DNA of 64,000 bases from Octopus vulgaris (taxonomy: Eukaryota): NCBI GenBank assembly GCA_951406725.2, contig OX597830.1, forward strand, positions 25,048,001 to 25,112,000. The letters run 5' to 3'. Made by a program: the position numbers and the translations under genes. Positions 26,352 to 39,000 of the stretch are shown here, one piece after another; position 1 is the stretch's first letter; each line of letters opens with the position of its first letter. Below the pieces are notes generated by a model that was given only the letters and a program-made list of their open reading frames with translations, was not told where the DNA came from and made no database searches.

Positions 26352-26783
26352 TGTAAAAAGGGGGCCAGTAAAAGAAAGGGGGATACATACGCGCATACAC
26401 ACGGGTATACGTAAGTACATACAAGCGTGCATAGACGATGATAATAATGATGGTGGTGGTAGTAGTGGTGATGGTGGTGGTGGTGGTGATGATGATGATG
26501 GTAGTGGTGGTCTCCCATAATTAGAGAAAGACGGTTCAGCAATTTCTTGCTGAACAACCCGATTTGTTTATAGTAATCAAATGTTCGTGATTAGCTCACT
26601 CTCTCTCTCTCTTTCTCTCTCCCTCTCTCTCTCTCTCTCTCTCCCCATAAAATTGACGTTGCCTGAACAGGTGCACGGTATACCACGCATCAGGTGTTAA
26701 AGCGTTTTACTCAAGAGCACAACGCACCACCCGGTCAAGGAATTGAAACTGCGATCTCACGATCGCGAATGTAACACTCACTA

Positions 26784-26819
<36 letters not shown>

Positions 26820-27104
26820 TACGTGCACCATACATAAATACATACCTCCATACACATAAACATTCCTACATGCACATATCATTATACTGACAGGGAGGAA
26901 CGTATACTAAAAATAAGCTACTCACACACATTTTTATGATTCTCTTGCATGCTAGTAGCTATATAATACATAAGTACAGTAATGTTCACTGATTATACTG
27001 ATGTACGTAATTAACGCAATTAAATATGATGATTATGACAATGCGATTACATGTCAAGCAGTTAAATGAATAAGTAAATTCAATACAATTTTTTAACTTG
27101 CTCC

Positions 27105-27745
27105 TTCATCCGCCCCAATTTCAGGCCTTGTGCTGAATACACAAACTATCGGCTTCAAATTTTGACACAAGACCAGCAATTTCGGGGTGGGGCTAGTCGT
27201 TTACGACGAGCCCGGTGCTCAACTGGTGCTTACAACATGTATAAGCTACATAGTTTTTTACATGTATCTCTACAGATTGTCTATAAAATTCAGAGGCAGC
27301 ACCGTAAGTTACGACGTTTCCTATACGAATCCATCTATATAAACAATACAATCGAAGATAGAAAAATAGGTAATGGGTGGATATCATTTTATCGATTCCG
27401 AAAAGATGAAAGGCAAAGTCGACCACGGCAGAATTTGAACTCAAAACGTAAAAACGGGACAAAATTCCGTTAAGCATTTTGCCTGGCGTGCCAACGATTC
27501 TGCCAGCACGCCGCCTTGTATTAATGAACGTGTAGTTAATAGTCCTTTCTACTACAGGCACAAGGCCTGGAGTTTGTGGGGAGGGGTTAGTCGATTACAT
27601 CGACCTCAATACTTGACTGGTACTTAATTTATCGATCATGAAAGAATGGAAGACAAAGTCGATCTCGGTTGAATTTGAACTCAGAACGTGACGGCTGACG
27701 AAATACTGCTAAGCATTTCGCCCGGCGTGCTAACGATTCTGTCAG
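27105..27745 (-). mobile_element. Several SINE family C copies and fragments
   Basis: CORE-type body and heads at 27385-27517 and 27545-27745. Confidence 0.75.
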
Positions 27746-28079
27746 AGTGTATAGCTAGTAATAGTTCTTGATAATTTAATTACTGAGGAGGTGAAAACAG
27801 TCAAGTATTGAAGTCGATGAAATCGACTAACCCACTCCTCTTAAAATTATTGTCCTTATGTCAAAACTTGAAACAATATTAGTAATTAAATAATTAATTA
27901 GTAATTAATAAAAAGAATTCTATAATGATCTCTAAGATCATAATATTGTTTAGGAATGTTATGAAAATAATTTGATTGTTAAGGAAAAAATATTGATTGC
28001 TACAGCGATAGTTGTAATTTTGGTAGAGTGATGATAATGACTTTTATTTCAAGAATGTTAGTTTCGAAGATATATTTAA

Positions 28080-28295
28080 CCCTTTAGAGTTTAAACCAGC
28101 TATATCTGGCCTAAATATTCTACATGCTTTATGCTCATACTGGCCAGATCCAGCCTCTCACACCTACCTTGCAATGTGATTCTAAAAATAATCAATCACA
28201 TCGATGAAATCTTGAAGCTGCAAGCATAATGCAGGATAAATTCGAAACAATGTGAATAAATAAGTATTACATTTGATAATCTGAATGTTAAAAGG
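28080..28295. mobile_element. piggyBac-type MITE (about 216 bp)
   Basis: TTAA|CCCTTTAGAGTT ... AATGTTAAAAGG|TTAA with imperfect TIRs. Confidence 0.65.
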
Positions 28296-28717
28296 TTAAA
28301 CAATATGATAACGGCGGTGATGGCTGTATGGAAGGATATATTGTTAAACTAGTAAGGATGAATGGTAAGATTGTAATGACGACTGTAAAAAAAAAGAGGT
28401 AATCATGAAAGTGATAAATTGTAATTCTTTGAGGAATTACAATTTTTTAAAGAATTATTAAAAATATATAATTCTTTAAAGAATCATAAAGAATTATTAA
28501 TCTTTAATCACATCTAAATCGATGACGATCGGTGTCAAACTTACTACATTAATTTTTATTCCCCACTTAGATGATTATAGAGATAATTAACTTGATTAGG
28601 TGGTAACATTCTAATTACTAATTACTAAATCATTTCACTCTAGAGTGGTATTATTTTATTGTTAAGGTTAATTGCTGCAACATATAGTAAGAGATATGAT
28701 TCAGCAAAACCGAATCT

Positions 28718-29118
28718 TTTCTACTTTAGGCACAGGGCCCGAAATTGTTGGGGAAAGGGCTAGTCGATTAGATCTACCCTAGTATGCAACTGGTACTTAA
28801 TTTATCGATCCCGAAAAGATGAAGGGTAAAGTCGACCTCGGCGGAATTTGAACTCAGAACGTAAAGTCAGACGAAATACCTATTTCTATTTCTTTACTAC
28901 CCACAAGGGGCTAAACACAGAGAGGACAAACAAGGACATACAAACGGATTGAGTCGATTACATCTACTCCAGTGCGTAACTGGTACTTAATTTATCGACC
29001 CCGAAAGGATGAAAGGCAAAGTCGACCTCGGTGGGATTTGAACTCAGAACGTAGCGACGGACGAAATATCACAAAGCATTTCGCCCGGTGTGCTAACGTT
29101 TCTGTCAGCTCGCCGCCT
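28718..29118 (-). mobile_element. Dimeric SINE family C with 18-bp TSD
   Basis: TTCAGCAA(A/G)ACCGAATCT at 28700-28717 and 29119-29136 flanks two CORE units. Confidence 0.9.
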
Positions 29119-29280
29119 TTCAGCAAGACCGAATCTGTGAATAAAGTTCTATTTACATTGGCTGTTAATCGATAATATCCTGAGAAAAAGAACAAACATT
29201 ACAACTTCCTTTCTCACCCAACTGAATCCAACAAAACTGTTCATCATTTAAGACTGTCACGGCTAACTATTCAACAAGAT

Positions 29281-29863
29281 CCCTGGTTCTCAACCGAGGT
29301 TCATATGGCCCTTGGTGGTGGGGGTCCATATAAGATTTTGTTTTAGTCGAGCAAATCGACTACAGGACTTATATTTTTAAGCCTAGTACTTATTCTATCT
29401 TGCTGAACCGCTAAGTTACAGAGAGGTAAACACACCAGCACCGGTTGTCAAGCGGTGATGTGGGGACAGACAGACACAAGGACACACACACACGCATATA
29501 TACGACGGGCTTCTTTCAGTTTCCGTCTACCAAACCCATTCACAAGGCTTTGGTCGGCTCGTGGCTATAGTAGAAGACACTTGCCCAAGGTGCCACGCAG
29601 TGTGACTGAACCCGAAACTATGTTGTTGGGAAGTAAGCTTCTTACCACTCAGCCACTCCTGCGTCACCACACAGTTACTCTGCGCCTGGTTCTACTTCTA
29701 CAATACACAAAATATTTTAACAATTTTTCTGCAGTTCCTAATAATATTTAGTCATAAAAAATATAACAAGAATTTCTCGACATTGAATCGTTAAGAGGGT
29801 CCTACCCACAGAATAAAACATCAATCAAAGGGTCTATAAGCAAAACCTGGTTGAGAATCACTG
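29281..29863. mobile_element. hAT MITE containing a nested SINE family B (29345-29662, minus strand)
   Basis: Termini C..TGGTTCTCAACC and GGTTGAGAATCACTG. The inner SINE is recognisable by its head and body. Confidence 0.7.
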
Positions 29864-30649
29864 GACTAGAGCCTCTACGCATTCGCTTGACCTACTAGAA
29901 AAAAAGTAATCACATTCATTAAAAACTACACATAACTGACTTCAACAAGGAGGATAATGTAGTCCTAGGTACATTGTTTAAAAACTGAGTAGAATGGTTA
30001 TGGATGGAACGCTTTGATCACAAGTTTGCTTAATCAGATATGAATTAGGGTTAAATTCAGAAACAGTCAAAAGAATTGTTAAATTTCTTCCAACCACTTA
30101 AAGTATCGATGATTTTTCGTGAGGTTTTCTTCAAATTTTCTGCGATAATGTACTGATTTCTAGAAAGGTAAAAATGAATGCGATTTTCGTCATAGGATGC
30201 AAAACTACATTTTTTGAAAATAATCTGGAGAAAACTTGATATACTTAAAGTGATTTGAAGAAATTTAACAAGATCCAGATAAATATTTATCGTTGTCTGT
30301 GTGTCTCTTTGTGTGTTATATCCTCGCATAGTGGAAAGGAAATAGAGTGTAATATTAAGATGTCTATTACTGTAGAATCGATAGCGCATCGGACAGAAAG
30401 CAATGAAGCATTTAGCAACGTGCCGTTATGTTCTGCGTTCAAATCCTCTCCTGTATCAAAAAAAAATGATGTACTAATCAAATACTCTATCAACTGTTCC
30501 TCTCTCTTCAAATTCCCGGTTTTGTGCTTTGTTAGAAATGAATATTATGATAGAAATTAGGAAAAAGATATCTTGCTGTCAATATATATATGCCAGTCTA
30601 TCAAATGTGTAAATACATTTATTGCTATTACTCAGGACCAGTAGTTCTC

Positions 30650-31386
30650 AACTCAAAGTCGTTTTCCGCAAGTGATCAGAGGACCTTCTGCGATTCGCTC
30701 TGGACCTCGACAACGGTGTTAAAACGGCGACCGTTGAGCTGCATCCATCATTTTGGGGGAAGAGATGGAAGTCTCAGGCAAATAGGGCAGGTGCGGAAGT
30801 CATACCATGTTGCGTTTGGCGAGAAACTCACGAGTGAGGAGAGCTCATTGACAGGGTGCATTGTCGTCATGAAGAATCCAATTCTTCGCGTTCCACAAAT
30901 CCGATCGCTTCCAACGGACGTCCTCCTTCAAATGCTTCAAAACGTTGCAGCAGAACTCTCGATTGATGGTCTGGCCCTGGGGTTCGTATTCTTTATGCAC
31001 AATACCACGGATGTCGAAAAACACGATGATTATGCTCTTAACTGAGCTGCTGCTCTGTCATGCCTTCTTCGGTCGTGGAGATGAAGGGCTTTTCCATTAT
31101 GACAACTGCTGTTTCGTCTTTGAAGCATGCTCTGTAACAGACTTCCCCAGTTTAACGCAAAATTTCAAGTTGACTCTTTGTTCCGACTTCCTGTCCATGA
31201 GAAAAATTGCAGACTACAGCATACACGCGATCTCAAAAACACTGACAACTTGCGAAGTAAACAGCGATGTCACTCGGCACACTGCCTCATCAAGGTCATT
31301 GCTAGCTCTCACTGCGCACGCAACCGTGTGCTGCCATCAATTGGCGCGCTACAGAACTAGTCCGGGATCTTTTTGATACTACCTCG
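30650..31386 (-). mobile_element. Mariner transposon remnant (internally deleted)
   Basis: Right terminus TA|CGAGGTAGTATCAAAAAGATCCCGGACT. The minus strand contains a mariner LHDDNAPCQ-like motif near 30850-30885. Confidence 0.7.
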
Positions 31387-33787
31387 TAATTGTCTTTGTA
31401 TTCTATTATAATTCCATTTACATGTACGATACTTTACAGATATACTAAATCAACTCCAGTTACTTTACTTTAACAATTCCGCAACACATGAAAAGCAGAG
31501 CTAATTTCGGCGAGATTTGAAATGGCAACGCAATGGGACGTAACTAATTGCTGCAAGTACGATGCTTTAACGAAATGGAAGCGTTTTTTTTTTTTAACAA
31601 AAAAAAAAAAACCCGAAGCGTTTGTCTGAGCTAGCTAACGATTCTGCCAACAAGCCGCCTTGTAAGGCACCCAAATATTGTTATAAAATATCAACGGTGT
31701 CGAATGTGTCATTCCTTCAAGGCCATAAGAATATTTTAATTATTTTATTCCATATTATTCATAGCGACAATTGAATGATATTAATTTTAGTTCATATGAG
31801 TAGAAAATGTTTCTATTGGTGAGAAGTGCTGAAAATGGAAACAGGTCGCGTTTTCTCTGGTACAAAAATTTTGGAATGACGCACTTTTCATTTAGAAAGT
31901 AAATCAACAAATTAAGCAATTTCTTTTATATATACACCCATATACGGCCCACCCTCACGTATGCACAACACGCATGTACACACGAGAGAGGGGGGAGAAA
32001 TAAAGCAAGCAAGCAAGAAAGAAAGAAAGACTATGAGACATCAAGTCCCAGTGGATTTTCCTCTCAGTTCTAACTTTCAAGAATGAATCAATGTCAAAAT
32101 TGAAAGCCATTAAATAACAAATTCTCTCGTCTTTGGCAACTGATAACAAAGAACATAGAAACCTGGGCAGTCTAACCTCACATACCAGAATTTTCTTTTA
32201 ATTAGATGATGTCAGCTAATTCGGCAAATAAGCAAAAATAAAGCACGGCGTCGACTAGAAATTGAAACGTGTTGGGTATATTTAGTTTCTAAACGTCCGG
32301 AAATAACCATAGAGAGGAATTTCAGATTTACGAAAAGTCTCAATAACCGACCCAACGAATCGAAAAATAACAGACATTTCAAAAGACCAGTTAAATATGA
32401 ACACAACTACAATATCAAAGAACCAAGGACGCAAAACTCATCACATGAATTCACAGCCACAACCCATCGTCTATCCCTTTTGTTTATTCAAATTATTTTC
32501 GTGTTAATCAACATATATTCCATGTTAAACTAAGTCATTCCCTCCCTTAACCTCAAGAATGTCTTCCACTTGATTACGCCCATTAGAATTCATTATTTAG
32601 TATATTCTGAAATAGTAGTTGCTATATAGTTAAGGGAAACTGAATTGGGAATGTGCAAAGCATCATCAGTAACAATGGGGCGGTTACCTCTGTAACTTAT
32701 TCTTACACAATGGTTAGATGTTATTACGCATTTCCAACATATGACAACATTTTTAACGAATGACTATTAAAAGCAACTGATATCACCAAAATTCGCAACC
32801 CAAATAAATGCATTAGTTAAGAATGAAACAAATAAATGATATTGTAGTTGTGTTCATGTTTAATAGGTCCCGTGCAAATATCTCAAGCAAAATCTCTCTA
32901 TGTTACGTAGCTAAATGTTTTAGAAACCTATTATTAAAAGCTTGACACTGGACAATGTCCTCTGAACCCCCCCCCCCCCCATATGTATCAGGGTGAGTAA
33001 GAAGTAAGCAACGTTTTGAAACATGAAATCCATCGCAATATATTTCAACAATGCAGAAATTTTATTCACCAAAGTAAATACCATTACAATCAACACATTT
33101 TTGCCAACAAGTTACAAGTTTGTTTATTCCGGTGCTGGTGAACTCTTTGAACGCACTTTCAGCATCGGCTTGATTTTTGAACTCCATCTCTCGCAAGAAA
33201 CAATCAAGGTATTTGAAGAAGGGGTAGTCGGTAGGGAAAAAGTCTGGGAAATAAGTTGGGTGGAGAAGAACTCCGTTGCCAAGTTCCCTCAACTTCTGGA
33301 GCATCATTAGGGTAATATGTGGTCGAGCATTGTCATGATGAATGATATTGGCCCTCTTCTGTTGACCAGTCTGGGACGGAGTAGTAGCAGTTTTTCTTTC
33401 ATGTCAATATGTTTCTGCAGAAATGGTTTTTCACAAAGACGGTCTTTAATTGACCGTCATCGATGACAGATGGGCGTCCACTACGCTCACGATCTGGTTA
33501 CAGAGAAGAAGCAACGAGCAACCATTTTAGAGCTGACGCACTGGTCATTTCCTCACCGAATGTTTCGTGTGGTATCCATTTGTCGATCTTTTTTTATTTT
33601 CCAATCGCATGCAAATGGTTGCAGGCAGTTTTCTGGCAAACTTGATGTTCTTTTGCCAGTCCTCGAGTGGTTTCCGTAGATCTTTCACAAAGACGGTCTT
33701 TAATTGACCGTCATCGATGACAGATGGGCGTCCACTACGCTCACGATCTTCAAGGTTCAGGTCTCCACTACGAAATCGTTTAAACCA

Positions 33788-36775
33788 CCCTTATTTTCCT
33801 GTTAAGGTGATAGATGACTTAACAGACCAGGCCAAGGCTAGAGATGAATGTGCCTGTCAGCGTTCCTTTCACGCGGGTCTTCCATACCGCTTCTTTCGCT
33901 ATAGCAACTACAGCAAGAAAACAAGCCTTGCCTTTCTTAAAAGAGGCAGGAGGAACAATCTTTACAATCGTCTCGGAAGACAGTTGTACTCTTCACATAC
34001 GTGACAGATGTTCTACGTAAATCCACATCTCAGAGATTTTGGGGCATTGCATAATTGCGTGCAGAACGGTTTCCCTGTCCTGCTCGCATCTTGGACACGT
34101 GGGGGCACAACGGGCACCATGCTTTGCGAGTTTATCGCGAACTGGTAAGGCTCCGCCGTAACACTGCTAGACCAGTGATCCTTGGAAGTTATCCAAGGGT
34201 CCTGGCCCGAATGTCCTTCGGAACAGACTAGCTACTTGATCCTCACTGAAGCCGAGTCTTCCCCAGGACATTGTCACATTGAGCCTCTACCAACCCTCTA
34301 TAGAAAGACGAGGTGGAACCCCCGCCGCTGGTGTTGCCTGTGTGACAGAGAAGCTTGGGTGCTTCACGACATTCCGCTTGCCAAAGCACCCAACTTTGGT
34401 CTACACTTGATCCAAGGTCCTAGTTCACTCAAACTAGTAAGCACAGGAAGTAACAACCGAACGAACGGAGACCACACTTGTTCACTATCCCTGTAGAGCC
34501 ACAGGTGCCTCAGCTTCAGTGCAATATGCGCATCAACAGCCAAGGCATCTTAGGTCCACTCTTTAGCGGGTACTGTCAGCAGATAGAGCGCTTTTCAAGA
34601 GGACTCCTACCCCTCCACAAAATGCTGAGGAGCAGCCGCTCCAACATGATCAGCCACGAACGGGGGCAAGGAAAAACGGTTAGGCAATAAACACACCCGC
34701 GACCTCCGCCCTTCTTTTCAGGGACAGCCGCCGCTCAGACCAGGTCTGTGTTAAGTGGGTCACCCTACTCGTCATCTCGCTCCAATTCTTCTCTATCTGG
34801 AAGACTGGACCAAACCAAACTCCTAGCGTTTTAACCGGCCCCTCCGTCCACCGCCCTACGACGTTGATGGGAAGTATTGTTCTGCCTCTCCAGGTGCCGA
34901 GTTGCAAGCCGACTGACTTAACCCGGTTAACTTTTGCTCCTACTACCGTTTCGTAGTCCTTAATGGCTTTGCCTACCCTCTGTAGGTGTACCATCTCGGA
35001 CACGATGATGGTGACGTCATCCACGTACGCCGAAACCTTCCTACTGCAACATAGATCGCGTGGGACGCCCCTCAAACCCTCCACCTTCCGCAGTAAGGGC
35101 TCTAGAGTCAACATATACAGAAGTGGGGATAGAGGACACCCTTGACGAACAGAGCGCTTGATGTTGAACGTCTTCGAGAAGAACCCGTTCATCCGAACGA
35201 TCAAGTCAGTGTTGCTGTATAAAGCAATGATCCACCCACGGAAGACGGGGCCGAGTCCGAATGCTGCGAGGACCAGCACCAGATTTCGATGGTCAACCCT
35301 GTTAAAAGCTTTGAACTAGCCTAAATGGGCCAGCGCCCCACTCTTGCTAGGAGACCTGTTAACCCTCTTTAAGGTGTAGCGTAGAAAGCGTCGTGTATGG
35401 ATCTGCCAGGAACAGCACAAGTTTGTACCTCCCCGACGATTCCACCCAAGACATGTGCCAACCTTTTTGCTAAAACCTTGGCCAAAATCTTCAGCTCTTC
35501 GTTAAGCAGAATGATAGGCCTGAAATTATCTATAATATACCTCTTGTTCGGGTCCTTTCTAAGCAGCATCACCACTCCCCAGCTCACAGATCTGTGTATA
35601 AACCCGTTCTGCTGCCAGTTGGTGAAGACGCATGCCAAAGCTCGTAGGGGAGACCATCTAGTTCCGGCGACTTGTCCCCGCCGCAGTCCGGCAAAGACTC
35701 CTGCACCTCTACAGCTGTGATCGGCCCCTCACAGCACTCCACTTCCAGCCCAGAGTGACGCAGCATGCCAGCGAGGAAGTCCGTGAGATTCCTCCTCCAT
35801 TCCGGCCCGCCGCCCCTCCCGAAAAGCAGGATGAAATGCTCCTGAAAGACCTTACACCTCTCCTCGGGTTTGTTTACCAAGTACCCTTGATTATTCATCA
35901 AACACCTTATAGTGACATTATTGTCACGTTGGGTTTCTATCACACGGGCCCGTCCTGCGGCTTTGATTCCTTCCCGTCCCATTGCATGTTGCTTAGCCCT
36001 GACTACGCATCCTTCGTTTTTAACCACGCGGTGATGGTTAAGCACCATTCTCGCAGCTAAAACTCGAAGCGCGGAGCCTGATTCCAGTGCTTCGTATTGG
36101 ACGCTAGCTAAATCCCTTTTTATTCTATTTTTCTTAGCCACTAACTCTTTCCTGTACCTAATAGACTCGAATTTTATAGCTCTTTTGAGACATACCACTA
36201 TTTGTTGTTAATAATGGCACCACACAATGCCCTCATCACTGACTATCTAATGCACCGTAGTGCATTAGGAGTTGTTTCACTGGGAGGAGTGATCACAATT
36301 CTGCTCCTTTCCCTTTTCAACATTCCTTTATATTTTCCTAATTCATCGTTTCCGCAGTTAATTGACCTTTTTGAAATAGTGGCCGCTTCTGCAAAATTGC
36401 TTCCTTTTTTTTTCCTTGCAAGAAATCCTCTGCTGACGGTATGTTTTTTAATCCTGTGCTATTTTCTGTCTTTTTTTTTTTTGGTATTCTTCCATGAACT
36501 TGAACTTGTACCAGGTTCATTCCCAGTTTTCAACTTGATTGGAGATTCATCCATGTTTGTGCATTTTTTTCACAAAAATTTAACTATATTTTTTCCCCTT
36601 CGTACAAGGGTGAAAAAGTTAACAAGCGACTGCCTCAAGCAGACAAATTATGTTTTACACAAAAAAAACACTAAACAAAAAGTTAACGTAACAATCCAAC
36701 AGTGTAAATTCAACAAAATATCCACAAATATTACAAACCTATACCAAACATTTCGAACAACGCACAAACAAAACG
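33788..36775 (-). mobile_element. Tx1-clade LINE A: 5' UTR and ORF1 N-terminus fused by deletion to a disrupted ORF2 RT; 3' end lost
   Basis: SPELDGLPYE, FRPIILLN..KILAKVLA, RQGCPLSPLLY, SAYVDDVT and a C-terminal ETVLHAIMQC zinc finger. The ORF1 start KGSNFAEAA..MLKRERSRIVITPPSETT is homologous to ORF1 of the adjacent element. Confidence 0.9.
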
Positions 36776-36788
36776 ATGATTGTAACAA

Positions 36789-38210
36789 TTTCTTTATTAC
36801 CCACATGGGATTAAATACAGGGGGGACAAATACAAACATATAAGTGGGGACGTAAAAGAACAAACGAATGGGAAAATTGTAAATATGAATAATGAAATGG
36901 AATGAAGCCACTCGACCCTACATCCGAGTGACTTCATTTACACTTTTTTTTACAAACTTATAATTAAGATAGTTTAACTTAGGCGGCAAATTACTTGCGT
37001 CTGCTGGTACGCCTATGTCCAATGTTTCTGTCCCACAGTTTTCCATTAAATATTTTTCGGTGTTAGGGTTAGAGAGTTTTGGGCACTAGTCTATTTGTGT
37101 TATTGTCTGCGTCAGGAGGGAAAGGGGGGCGGTTGGTGACTGCAGGGGGAGGGTGTAATAGCATGGGATCGGGTGAAACTTCACATTTTTTCCTCAGACC
37201 TTTTTTTAGTTTTCCCCCTTTTAGATTGTGTCCATTCCTGCTCTTCATCCTTCCCAGGCTCCTCCTCGCTTGTAGACGACTTCGCCAGAGATGGAGGTGC
37301 GAATTTTTCTCTTGGTTCTTTTGCACTGGGTTGAAGGCAGTCTGCTTTAATGTGGTCTTTTCCCTCCACATTTAAAACACCTGGGCGTCCTGCCCTCCAC
37401 CATGACTCTCAACTTGATGTCCCCGTCGACCGTCCTTTCTAGATATTCCGGGGCGGCCTGGATCACCATTTCCAGGCCTTGCCCATGCCAATTTCTTGTC
37501 GGCACAATTTTGGTCCTCCATAATAAGTAGGATGGCGACTACCAGCCAGGCAACATCTACCTCAGGAGGGATCTCATCTACCCTTACCCCGAGAAGCACG
37601 TTTTCCAGGGTAAATGAGTAGAAGGACCACCTCCTCCGTCTTGAGGGGAGTAACGGCATGCTGCCTTGCCACAGCCTCGGACGCAAACTGCACCTCCACC
37701 GTTGCGAACTTTCTCCCTCTAGCTAGGTAATCCACCTCTTTCCAAATGGGCTGCACAGCCTTTTCCACTTCACCTCTCGTAGCCACCTTTATCCGATGCA
37801 GTCTTACGTTGTATGTTCTATACAACACCGTTCTTTTGGCTGTCCTTTCGGTAGTTTCCCTGGGAGGAGACACCTTGACATTGTTCCTCTCCCTTTTTAT
37901 CATTTCTTGGAATCTTTCAATTCCCTCCAAACACACATCTTCAGACTGCTGTCTCACCGCCTCTACGAAACTGTTCCTTTTTGCCTCTCTATTTCGTCTA
38001 GACATGCCACCAGCTCCTCCTCAAACGACAACAGGTCTGAGTAGCTCATTCTCTCTATTTTAATAGCGCTTCACCCTTCAAACAAGGGAGACAGCGTTAA
38101 CAAAACTGCTGTAAGGCAGCAAAAACAAGTGTCTTAAGACACAATTAATAACAAATACAATTTTGACTAACCTTTCGCACAAACAAAATTCACGATCAAC
38201 TCGGTCACAA
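36789..38210 (-). mobile_element. ORF1-only non-autonomous Tx1-clade element N, copy 1
   Basis: Frameshifted ORF1 (37574-38005 and downstream fragments) with CCHC knuckle CFKCGGKDHIKADC, followed directly by a 3' UTR. TSD ATGATTGT(A/G)ACAA at 36776-36788 and 38211-38223. Confidence 0.87.
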
Positions 38211-38439
38211 ATGATTGTGACAACGGGGAAAAAAATCAATGTTAATTTATTGATGCATTTGGGTAAGTCCGTATCTATATTATCAAACAATTTCAAAAAA
38301 TGTTTCAAAACAATTCAAAACTCTGCAAAAATCCGGTACAAATTCTTCGTGGTTCAAAACGTTGCTTACATTTTACACAACCTGATATATAGCCTCTATA
38401 CAGTTTCTCAACCTGCAAGACACATATAGTATCAGAAGC

Positions 38440-39000
38440 ACAACCGTCATAAGATCATGCGATTTTCCTGTGATGTGATCAACCTAGTGCGCTTTCGATC
38501 GGTGTCAGATGTGGTACCCACCGAGCAGAAACCTTCGTCATGCCAAGTTCATTGAGCAGAATATTCTCAACACTCACACAGGCTCTGCTAATAGCATTGG
38601 CTATTTGATTTATAGTCAATCACCTCTCATCCAGCACTATGTGGTGAACACGATCAACGTTTTCCTTGGTGGTAGCAGTTGCAGGACGACCAGACACTGG
38701 GTCACCTTCAAGATTCTCCCTCCACCCCACCCCAAATTAAGCTCCTCACTTTTGCACTGTTCATAAAGCTGGAAAGTCATCCTCTAATTGTAGCAACCAT
38801 GTCAACATAAATGTTCTGGGGGAAGGTTAAACCATTTTTCTGCAGGTACTTGATAACACAAAGATGCCAAATTTCGTCCATTTTTGAGTTAAGTCACTAC
38901 TGGTTGCTTTTGAAGTCTTCTTTGAGCAGTCAGATGTCAGGTTACCTGGAAAAAGACAATGCAGTTATTAAGAACTGAAATTAATGCAATATTTCGCAAC
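38440..39000 (-). mobile_element. Mariner 5' fragment from a different family
   Basis: Minus strand resembles a mariner HTH region (LEGDPVSGRPATATTKENVDRVHHIV). Confidence 0.6.

Larger units (their letters stand above)
32988..38385 (-). mobile_element. Mariner copy 1 (defective) carrying two tandem Tx1-clade retroelements
   Basis: TA-flanked TIRs TCAGGGTGAGTAAGAAGTAAGCAACGTTTTGAA / TTCAAAACGTTGCTTACATTTTACACAACCTGA. Transposase fragments include HHDNARPH and HPTYFPDFFPTDY at 33062-33790. Confidence 0.92.

Noticed and set aside
36202-36843. 213-aa hydrophobic plus-strand ORF as a membrane protein
   Set aside because: It is the antisense of the A-rich Tx1 5' UTR and ORF1.
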